Positions 45,227 to 52,995 of a DNA stretch of 64,000 nucleotides are shown in pieces. Made by a program: the position numbers and the translations under genes. Each line of letters opens with the position of its first letter. Position 1 is the first letter of the stretch. This DNA comes from a virus (taxonomy: Duplodnaviria > Caudoviricetes): IMG/VR virus record IMGVR_UViG_3300049988_000286, positions 1 through 64,000 of that record; one strand, given 5' to 3'. The notes under the pieces are model-generated. The model ran no database searches. It was not told where the DNA came from and saw only the letters and a program-made list of their open reading frames with translations.

Positions 45227-45733
45227 ATGATCGATCACCGCCGCATTCTGGATCGTGCAGACGCATTGGCGTTGTCGGGAGTCGATGTAGGCCCCGGCAC
45301 ACGCTGGTTCTTCGCACGTGCCGCCGTGACCATGAAGACCAACCCCAGCGAGGGGCGGCGCGAATACGAGGCGTTCCTGCGTGATCAATACGATCTGCGC
45401 GCCATCGAGGCGCTGAAGGATCGGCATCTCGTCACCACAAAGGTCGGCTATGATCTCGCCGGGGTGCTCTTCCGCGTCGCGGGTTTGTCATCGCAGAACC
45501 TCAATGATCTCTGGATGGGCGCGGAAATTTCGGCGTTTGACATCGACAGTCACGAGCAGGAACTGCTCGACCGCGAGTCGGCGCGCTACGCGAACAATTC
45601 CGCCAACACGGCCAAGGATGCGCTGCGAACCTTCCTCAAGGAGCGCAGCGTCCACTACACCAACGACGAGTTCAACACCCTCTTCGAGACGATGCGAGAC
45701 AACATCGCGCGTGGATCGCAGCCCTCGGCATGA
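45227..45733 (+). CDS. hypothetical protein
   Basis: SD AGGAG after TTGACG promoter. Confidence 0.65.
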   Translation: MIDHRRILDRADALALSGVDVGPGTRWFFARAAVTMKTNPSEGRREYEAFLRDQYDLRAIEALKDRHLVTTKVGYDLAGVLFRVAGLSSQNLNDLWMGAEISAFDIDSHEQELLDRESARYANNSANTAKDALRTFLKERSVHYTNDEFNTLFETMRDNIARGSQPSA

Positions 45734-46335
45734 CCGACATCGCTGAACGCCTCGCCGCTGATCTCCTCAAGAACCTCTCCAAGGATGACTTGCTCACCGA
45801 GTTGAACAAACGTGGTGAGGTAGTCGAGGTGGCTACTGGAGGCCCATCGAGTTGGGACTTCGCCGGAAGCGCGGCGATAGGCAGGTGCCTGTCGTGTCGC
45901 TTCTTCACGATGCGGGACTCGTACAAGTCGGGGTCGGGCAATTGCCAAATCAGAGCACCGGGGGCTACCGGCTTCCCGGCGGTGCGCGCTGGCGCTTGGT
46001 GCGGCGAATGGCAGGAGCGTCTCGCCACCCAACCCCGCTACCACGAACCTCCGATCGAGACCGTGGCGAACCATACTGTTGTGCCGTTCATCCTCGCCGC
46101 GTTCGACGGTATCGAGAAGCTGGCTAAACATCGCCTGTCACAATCCACCAATCGCCATGGTGGTGCGCGAGACACCTTGCGCGAAGACGCGGAGCGGATC
46201 ACCTCTCTGTGCAAGGCGGCGCGCCGCTGTGGCCTCTACCCGCACGCATTGGAGGAATTCACTGCCGCGCTGGACGAGCCGATGCCCTTCGAGGTAGCAG
46301 CGACGATGAAGAAGCTGGGAGCGCGTGATGAGTAA
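45730..46335 (+). CDS. hypothetical protein with CxxC...C motif
   Basis: CLSCRFF...NCQIRAP...WCGEW. Confidence 0.65.
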   Translation: MTDIAERLAADLLKNLSKDDLLTELNKRGEVVEVATGGPSSWDFAGSAAIGRCLSCRFFTMRDSYKSGSGNCQIRAPGATGFPAVRAGAWCGEWQERLATQPRYHEPPIETVANHTVVPFILAAFDGIEKLAKHRLSQSTNRHGGARDTLREDAERITSLCKAARRCGLYPHALEEFTAALDEPMPFEVAATMKKLGARDE

Positions 46336-46648
46336 GCAGTTGGAGCCACATTTCGTCAAGCTTCGTGTCGGCGACCGGTTCGTCCCCTACGCGACCTCGC
46401 GTATCGGCGACGAGTTCATCCCGGTCAAGTTCGAGCATTGGCACGCAGCTAACGATTTCGCGAACAGTCCTGATATCGTCGGCAACTATCTGGTGGAAAT
46501 CCACCCCTTCTACCCCGAATACGCTGATCTCGAACGTCGATCTCTCGACCGAGACATCGAAGCCTTGCGCGAGGATTTGCGCAAGATCGCGGAGAAGGTC
46601 GAAGAAGAGATCACCGCGCTCAACGCCAAGCGAGACCTCATCCCATGA
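46328..46648 (+). CDS. hypothetical protein
   Basis: Coupled; C-terminal coiled coil. Confidence 0.6.
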   Translation: MSKQLEPHFVKLRVGDRFVPYATSRIGDEFIPVKFEHWHAANDFANSPDIVGNYLVEIHPFYPEYADLERRSLDRDIEALREDLRKIAEKVEEEITALNAKRDLIP

Positions 46649-46804
46649 TCCGCATCACTGTCTTCATCGCGCTCCTGACAGCGCCGGGTCAACCTGCTAC
46701 TCGGGTGGAGAACCTGCCTCGCGTCCAAGATTGCATCACGGTGGTGCAAGCATGGAAGGCCCAACAGGCGGGGAACAACGGCTCTTGCGCGAAGGTGGAA
46801 CAAT

Positions 46805-47026
46805 ATGTCCGACGCTGATACTCAAGCCCGTGAGATGATCCGCGATGCCGAGCGTTACCGGGCATTGCGGCAGATGATCATCTCGATCAACAAGGTGCCG
46901 AAGAGCGAAACTCCCCTGTATGAGTTTGCGGTCTCTGACACCATCTATCCCCCGGCACAGGACTTTCTGCGCGCCGACGACATGGCGCAACTCGATGAGA
47001 TCGTGGACGCCGCGCTGGCGCGATGA
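46805..47026 (+). CDS. hypothetical protein
   Basis: RDAERYRALR motif common in phage small proteins. Confidence 0.6.
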   Translation: MSDADTQAREMIRDAERYRALRQMIISINKVPKSETPLYEFAVSDTIYPPAQDFLRADDMAQLDEIVDAALAR

Positions 47027-47298
47027 CACCGTATCCCGACCATGACTTCAACGAGCGTGAACGCTGGGAGGAAGGGGAGGCCGAGTTCTGTGACCGGATG
47101 GTAGAGTTGTGCCTCAAAACGGTCACGGAACAGAGCGAGCGATTATCGAAGGAGGCGAGTCGCGGCGGTCCCGGAGCCCTCTACCTGTCCACGATCGCGG
47201 AGCCGGTGCTCCATGCCACGATCCGGGCTCAAGTCTGGGGACAGATGGCGGACCATCTTCGCCGCTCCCGTATCGCAAGGATTGAGAACCCGCGTTGA
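47023..47298 (+). CDS. hypothetical protein
   Basis: ATGA coupling. Confidence 0.55.
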   Translation: MTPYPDHDFNERERWEEGEAEFCDRMVELCLKTVTEQSERLSKEASRGGPGALYLSTIAEPVLHATIRAQVWGQMADHLRRSRIARIENPR

Positions 47299-47489
47299 TG
47301 TTGTTGCTCGCCCGCGTGAAGAAGCGACGCACGGTAGCCGCACAGCGGTGGCGCGATGCCGTGGCGCTTTCTCGCGCAGGGGTGAGTCGTAGCGAGGCGG
47401 CAGCGAGGCTCGGGATGACCGATGATGGTCTGAAATCATTACTTCATCGCCAAACCAAATCTTCAAAGTGGCCGATCAAAAACGATTGA
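47298..47489 (+). CDS. helix-turn-helix protein
   Basis: GVSRSEAAARLGMTDDGLKSLLHR. Confidence 0.65.
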   Translation: MLLLARVKKRRTVAAQRWRDAVALSRAGVSRSEAAARLGMTDDGLKSLLHRQTKSSKWPIKND

Positions 47490-47531
47490 CCGAACTCTCC
47501 TCGTCAGTTATGCCGATGTTGGAGAAACGAT

Positions 47532-48344
47532 ATGAGCAAGATGTTCCCAACCGCGAGCGAGCGGACGACTCGTCGGGCTGCCCTGTATAAGCGCCTCGAC
47601 GCCTTTCTGGATAATCATGTCCCCAGCGATGGCGGCTACGCGCCCGCGACAGATGAGGATGTTCAGTTCATGCAAGGCGTCTTCGAGGAGATCGCCGATT
47701 TGAAGTTCGGCCGCGATCCGGATGGTGATCAGGTGCTCGGCACCGTGGCGTGGAATCGGCGACGCGGACGGATGGAAACCTTCTTCTTCCCGCACGATCC
47801 CAGCGAGCGAACGCTCGGTCGCGAGCCCACGCCGCTCGATCAGATCACGCACGAGAACCAGATGGCGCGCGCCACTGGGTTCATGGCATCGGTTCTCCAT
47901 CGTCATCTCGACCGGATCAGCATGGAGAGTGATATGCGCCGTGATGCTGCCATGAAGGTGGTCGATGGTGAAACCTTTGTGGAGGCATATCGCGTAACGC
48001 TCGCCCGTGATCCCATCGCTGCCGAGAAGATGCTCGATGACGAGATGGCGAAGCGCACTCCCCTGTTCGACAAACGCGGACCCATCCACAACATGATGCG
48101 CGAGGAATTTGGCGCGGTCATGGTCGAAGAGACTCGCGTCGCCGGGATGGCGATCGATCACGTCCTGTCAATGCTCGCCACGGCTCACGTCACGGATCGC
48201 CAGATCGAGAAGGAGGTAGCAGATACCATCATGCCCGCCTTGGCGCGCTTCGGAAAAGCAACCTTCAAGGATCAGGTAGAGCGCTGGAACTCCCTCTACA
48301 ACGAACGGCGACGCGCCCGGATGCTATTGACTACCGCGTCGTAA
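47532..48344 (+). CDS. hypothetical protein
   Basis: SD GGAG; 270 aa. Confidence 0.7.
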   Translation: MSKMFPTASERTTRRAALYKRLDAFLDNHVPSDGGYAPATDEDVQFMQGVFEEIADLKFGRDPDGDQVLGTVAWNRRRGRMETFFFPHDPSERTLGREPTPLDQITHENQMARATGFMASVLHRHLDRISMESDMRRDAAMKVVDGETFVEAYRVTLARDPIAAEKMLDDEMAKRTPLFDKRGPIHNMMREEFGAVMVEETRVAGMAIDHVLSMLATAHVTDRQIEKEVADTIMPALARFGKATFKDQVERWNSLYNERRRARMLLTTAS

Positions 48345-48380
48345 ACCATTATCGAACTCTGATTATCAAAGGAACACTGT

Positions 48381-48686
48381 ATGGCGACTGCACTCAAGGC
48401 TGTGAAACCAACCGCTATCGCGTCGGCGATCCAGACCATCACCTCGATGCGTGACACGATCGCGGAGGCGCTTCCCAACGCCGAAGTGACTGCCAGCTTG
48501 AACGAGCGCGGCAACTTCACCGTGACGCTGCGCTTCGTGCTCGTCGAGGATCGGGAACTCGCCATGATGAAGATGACCCACGGCCTCGTCGGCGATCTCT
48601 CCTTCGCCGATATCTCGGCTGTTGCTGATCAGAAGAACGCACCCGGCAAGGGGCGGCTGCTCGTCAACGCTTCGGTGCTCGGGTGA
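48381..48686 (+). CDS. hypothetical protein
   Basis: SD AAGGA. Confidence 0.65.
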   Translation: MATALKAVKPTAIASAIQTITSMRDTIAEALPNAEVTASLNERGNFTVTLRFVLVEDRELAMMKMTHGLVGDLSFADISAVADQKNAPGKGRLLVNASVLG

Positions 48687-49102
48687 GCGAACCGTTCGAG
48701 ATCATCAACGAAACCGCCTCCATGATGGAAGGTCTCCGGAACGGAGAACCGATCACCAAGGAGGCGGCAGGGGTGTTGCTGGACAAAATCGCGACGCTTC
48801 GCAGCTACACCTTCAAGGCTGTCCGTATGGACTTCTACAACGAACTCCGTGATGCCGCCGACGTGGGCTTCGTCAAGCTAGTCGAAGTCCGCGATGGCCT
48901 CAATCAACTCCATGCCGACCTCCAGCAATACCCGGAGCGGGATAGTCGCAAGATCGAGAAAGCCAGTTTCGCGGCGGTACTCGGTGACGACATTGAGTTG
49001 TCGCGTGACGACATCGCGATGCTCAAGCGGCGGTATGACGATCGTATCGAGCGTCTGGCACTCGCTCTCAATGAGGGGCTGCATAAACCGCGTTACTCCT
49101 GA
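48683..49102 (+). CDS. hypothetical protein
   Basis: GTGA coupling. Confidence 0.6.
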   Translation: MSEPFEIINETASMMEGLRNGEPITKEAAGVLLDKIATLRSYTFKAVRMDFYNELRDAADVGFVKLVEVRDGLNQLHADLQQYPERDSRKIEKASFAAVLGDDIELSRDDIAMLKRRYDDRIERLALALNEGLHKPRYS

Positions 49103-50130
49103 ACCGGCCGGAAGGCATTGTCGTGGAGGTTGGCGAACCGTTCCGGTCCGAGGGCAGCCTTAGTGGCCGTGAGTGTGTCGGGATGCATCCAGTCCCGTGA
49201 CGCCACAGCGATCTTGAGCGCGCAATCGTCGGTGGTCCATAGGCGATGGAACAACCCCTGTTCGGTGGCGGGGGTGCTGCCGACGATCAGATAAGGCGGT
49301 GTGATCATGATGCTGCTACCGGCATGGTAATGGCTTGATCGACCAGCGCTGCGTTCGATCATGTCATCGTGATCAAATGGCGCGATGACTTCCTTGCGCG
49401 TCACCGCATGGATGTAAGCCAATAGTCGGCTCTCAATCGAGAACGGGATGTGGGCGGCATTGTCGATCAGGATGTAGTCGTAATACTCGCCCACGAAGGC
49501 GGCATTGGACAACGCCTCGAAGGTCATGACCTTCACCGACGCATCGTCAATCTCCTTGGCGAGGTGAGTGACGAGGCGGTAATTGCTCGTCACCAGCAAG
49601 ACGTGTTTGCCCTGTGCGGCACGCTCGCGCGCGAACGCTATCATGAATGTCGTGAGACCAGCGCCGCGCGACGAATTGATCACCACATCGTTGCTACGCG
49701 CCGCCTCGGCGATCTTGATCCACAGCGGGCGCAGATGATCGTCTTCGGTCAGGCGGGGGCCGGTGATGCGGTAGCGCTCAACGAGGAAGTCTGACGGGTT
49801 GAAGCCATCAGAGAAAACCGGTGTCACTGCGCCTTCGAGCGCCTCTGGGACGATCGCTGCCGCCATATCGCGAAGCTGCTCCTCAAGGTGCACATGAACG
49901 CTCTCATCGGGGACGATGCCCGCAAGATTGGCGATCTCCTCCACCTCTTCGGAATGCTCTGGCAATTCAATGTCGCTGACCGGCGTGAGGGCAGTGGTGG
50001 TATTGGCGCGCGTTGCGACAGAATCACCGAGGAGGTAAGCCTCGACGATCGCGGCCTTGGCCATCATATCTTCGAAATTATAGGCAAAACCGCGCGCAGC
50101 CTCGATGGCTTGTAGGCGTGTATCAATCAT
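49093..50130 (-). CDS. degenerate terminase-ATPase-like protein
   Basis: VVINSSRGAGLTT (Walker A-like), YILIDNAAHI (Walker B-like, E to N), IVGSTPATEQGLFHRLW; no nuclease domain. Confidence 0.6.
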   Translation of the reverse strand: MIDTRLQAIEAARGFAYNFEDMMAKAAIVEAYLLGDSVATRANTTTALTPVSDIELPEHSEEVEEIANLAGIVPDESVHVHLEEQLRDMAAAIVPEALEGAVTPVFSDGFNPSDFLVERYRITGPRLTEDDHLRPLWIKIAEAARSNDVVINSSRGAGLTTFMIAFARERAAQGKHVLLVTSNYRLVTHLAKEIDDASVKVMTFEALSNAAFVGEYYDYILIDNAAHIPFSIESRLLAYIHAVTRKEVIAPFDHDDMIERSAGRSSHYHAGSSIMITPPYLIVGSTPATEQGLFHRLWTTDDCALKIAVASRDWMHPDTLTATKAALGPERFANLHDNAFRPVQE

Positions 50131-50203
50131 GTTATTCTCCAATTCATTTCTGTATGGTAGTGAGATCGTTTCCGTCTCCCTTTATTTAGTTAAGTGAGCA
50201 TTT

Positions 50204-50794
50204 ATGTTGAATTTAGAGCACATGATGGAGCGATATGGAATAAAACTATTGGTGCTCTATCGTCGTTGCCATAATGGATATAATCGTGACCAGAACAGAA
50301 TAGCGATCTTCGAGTTTAGCGACTGGCGAGACATAGAGCGGCTCATCATGTGCGCCGACTACCCCTTCAAGCGGGGAGGGACTATCCTGAAGAGGATGAT
50401 TGGTGACGTTGATCGTGTCGGTCTCTTCCATACCAGCACGATTGATTACCTTTATGAGCGCTCGGCAAGTGTTGCCCCCGTCGAGTTCACGGTGTCATAT
50501 ACCTTGGTCAACCGCAGCTATATCGCGCGTGAGTATGACAACGTGATGATGTTGTTGGAGGGAGCATCGAAGGGTCAACAGAGCGGACGGCTCGCGCTGA
50601 TCACCAATAAGGATATGGCTGATGAACTCGATTGGCTCGGCGATTGGACTATCTGGATAAGCCCATCCTTCACCGCTGTAATCAAACTTTGGCCCTATCG
50701 TCGCATCGACGATCACGAACTCACGCTCTTTCGACTGCGCTGGGGACATTTGCTCCTTGCCCCGATGGAGAGTTCGAGTTACGCTGCGGTATGA
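50204..50794 (+). CDS. protein with C-terminal FxxExDA-like motif
   Basis: IDDHELTLFRLRWG. Confidence 0.6.
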   Translation: MLNLEHMMERYGIKLLVLYRRCHNGYNRDQNRIAIFEFSDWRDIERLIMCADYPFKRGGTILKRMIGDVDRVGLFHTSTIDYLYERSASVAPVEFTVSYTLVNRSYIAREYDNVMMLLEGASKGQQSGRLALITNKDMADELDWLGDWTIWISPSFTAVIKLWPYRRIDDHELTLFRLRWGHLLLAPMESSSYAAV

Positions 50795-51420
50795 ACCAAT
50801 TTCAAAAGCGCAAAGTCATCCTCCAGACTCTCCTTCAAGGGGAGGGCTACTATGATGCCTTGGCGGTGATGCACTACTGTGAACCTCACCACGCGGGAAC
50901 GCGCAAAGACGGGTTCACGCCCGAGTACTCCCACCAGATCAACATCGCGACCTTCGCCCTCGATCTTCCCGATCTCATGTATCGGCAGGACGTGATCGCA
51001 ACGATCTTCGGCCACGACACCAGCGAGGATGCTGGCCGGAAGTGGACGAAGATCGCCCGGCGGGTTCGTCGCTCCAAGAAGGCGCGCAAGCGTGTCGCTC
51101 GGGCGATCAAGAACATGACCAAGGAGTGGAAGGGTCAGCGCATCCCAGACGCTGATCTCTTCGCCAAGATGGCCCGCGATCCCGTCGCGTCGATCGCCAA
51201 GGGCTGCGACCGCATCCATAACCTGTCTTCGATGGTTGGTGTGTTCACGCCCGCGAAGCAGCGCGAATACATCCGGGAAGTCAGGGAGTTGTTCCTGCCG
51301 ATGCTCAAGCTGGCGCGGCGGCGCTTCCCCCATCAGGCGCGCGCCTACGAGATGATCAAGTTCGTCCTCATCTCGCAGATCACCCTGATCGAATCCGCCC
51401 TCAATGGAGCAGAGGCATGA
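50791..51420 (+). CDS. HD-domain (p)ppGpp hydrolase-like protein (RelA/SpoT HD, Mesh1-like)
   Basis: HAGTRKDGFTPEYSH, FGHDTSED, AKGCDRIHNL. Confidence 0.8.
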   Translation: MNQFQKRKVILQTLLQGEGYYDALAVMHYCEPHHAGTRKDGFTPEYSHQINIATFALDLPDLMYRQDVIATIFGHDTSEDAGRKWTKIARRVRRSKKARKRVARAIKNMTKEWKGQRIPDADLFAKMARDPVASIAKGCDRIHNLSSMVGVFTPAKQREYIREVRELFLPMLKLARRRFPHQARAYEMIKFVLISQITLIESALNGAEA

Positions 51421-51623
51421 ACGACCTTTTGGACAACAAAGAGCCCACGGTGTCGGCTCACGATCTCGCGCGCGAGCATACGCGGCGATGGCGCGACGCT
51501 GGGGAGATGATCGCCGCCGTGGCCTTCTCCGCTATGGCGCTGGGCGGTCTTCATTATCATGTCGAGTATGCGGGATGGCTGATCTTCTTGTCGGTCATCA
51601 TCGTGTGGCGACGAGTCGCATGA
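51417..51623 (+). CDS. small membrane protein
   Basis: Two TM segments. Confidence 0.55.
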   Translation: MNDLLDNKEPTVSAHDLAREHTRRWRDAGEMIAAVAFSAMALGGLHYHVEYAGWLIFLSVIIVWRRVA

Positions 51624-52087
51624 AGGCGCTCCTGACCGAAATCATCTGGTTCGAAGGCCCCGCCCTGATCGCGTGCGATCATCGCTGCGACAAGGCGTGG
51701 GGGATGAATGGTCGCCTCGCGACAATCGGTAGCTATGCTCCTGCACAGATTCAGCTATCCGACGATGATGACGACCACGTTAACCTTGCCGATGCGGAGG
51801 TGGGCATAGCCCCGGAGGACACAGGCTGGTCCGAAGGACCGGACGGCAAGCCGTGGTTCCCGGAACGACACAATCGCTGGTGTGCCCGAGAGTGCGAACG
51901 CTCCTCGATCATCGATCCCGGTGATGCAGTGAAGATAACCGATTATCGGCAGAGGGTGTTCAACATACCGCATCTCCACGATGCCGAGAATGCCGTGATC
52001 GATTTCGGGTTCTCATTCCAGCCGAGCGGTCAAAAACACGCATCATTCATCGAGATAGATGTTGACACCTCGGAGACCATCAAGTAA
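51620..52087 (+). CDS. hypothetical Cys-containing protein
   Basis: CDHRCDKAWGMN...NRWCARECERS. Confidence 0.65.
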   Translation: MKALLTEIIWFEGPALIACDHRCDKAWGMNGRLATIGSYAPAQIQLSDDDDDHVNLADAEVGIAPEDTGWSEGPDGKPWFPERHNRWCARECERSSIIDPGDAVKITDYRQRVFNIPHLHDAENAVIDFGFSFQPSGQKHASFIEIDVDTSETIK

Positions 52088-52103
52088 ACCGATGATGTCT
52101 TGA

Positions 52104-52177
52104 CGCGAGGTGGTGAGATTAGTCCGTCCGGTTGCAAGCCGGGAGTAAGCTGGTGAAAGCCCCGGCCCCCGCGACCA
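52104..52177 (+). tRNA. atypical tRNA with GCA anticodon, weak D-arm
   Basis: CGCGAGG/CCCCGCG-A-CCA; TCCGG-TTGCAAG-CCGGG; T-loop TGAAAGC. Confidence 0.6.
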
Positions 52178-52185
52178 AGACATGT

Positions 52186-52262
52186 AGCGCTGTGTCCAGA
52201 GTGGTTATGGACTCTCCCCGCAAGGGAGAGATACGTGGGTTCGATTCCTCCCAGCGCTGCCA
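52186..52262 (+). tRNA. atypical tRNA with CC-GCA-AG loop
   Basis: AGCGCTG/CAGCGCT-G-CCA; TCCA/TGGA D-stem; TCTCC-CCGCAAG-GGAGA. Confidence 0.7.
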
Positions 52263-52273
52263 ATCTATTTTGA

Positions 52274-52364
52274 GTGTCGGTGGCGGAGTCCGGCCGAACG
52301 CACAAGACTGCAAATCTTGCGAGGGCTTCCCTCCACGCCGGTTCAAATCCGGCCCGATGCTCCA
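52274..52364 (+). tRNA. tRNA-Cys(GCA), long variable arm
   Basis: GTGTCGG/CCGATGC-T-CCA (U73); CAAGA-CTGCAAA-TCTTG; variable hairpin GAGGG-CTTC-CCTC. Confidence 0.85.
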
Positions 52365-52374
52365 TAAATAGAAG

Positions 52375-52926
52375 ATGCGAGACATCATCGCGCTGATCGA
52401 AAGCGCTACCCTTCCGTTCAATCTCAACGACCAATTTGTGGCCAAAGTGCAAGCATACTTGCACGAGCATCTCGGTGATTGGGCCGATGATTTCCCTGAT
52501 CTCAAGCTGGCGATTATGCAAGCGTGGCAGTTGATCCACGATGAAGGCGTGCCAGACAATGGTGTGATCGAGGTTTATCGCGAGGAACTTCGTCCAAGTG
52601 AGCAGATCGCCAACCACAACTACGGCACCCTCGGTGCTTGCTGGTCGTGGGATGCCAATGGGGCGGGAACATGCCACCATGAAAACGCATATGACGAGCA
52701 CGGCCGGGAAAATGTCGAGGCCATTGTGTTCATCGGCGAGGTCTCGCTCTCCGATGTCGAATGGGTTCAGACCATCGCGAAGAATCTCGTGCTCAAGAAC
52801 GAGCGCGAGATCAACATCCGGGACGGCGCACGGGTGAGGCTTGAGGGTCAGTATAAGGCTGGCGCTCGGGGCTACGAACCGCTAGCCGATCAGGTATATC
52901 AAATCAGCAATATCAACGACTTCTAA
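52375..52926 (+). CDS. late protein, MRDIIALIES N-terminus
   Basis: ATAAATA-N4-ATG. Confidence 0.7.
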   Translation: MRDIIALIESATLPFNLNDQFVAKVQAYLHEHLGDWADDFPDLKLAIMQAWQLIHDEGVPDNGVIEVYREELRPSEQIANHNYGTLGACWSWDANGAGTCHHENAYDEHGRENVEAIVFIGEVSLSDVEWVQTIAKNLVLKNEREINIRDGARVRLEGQYKAGARGYEPLADQVYQISNINDF

Positions 52927-52995
52927 CGGAACGAACTCTCCTTGCCGTAAGTTAGATGGTCTGCTACCGGGGTAGAAATTTTGCGGGATTCGCGA

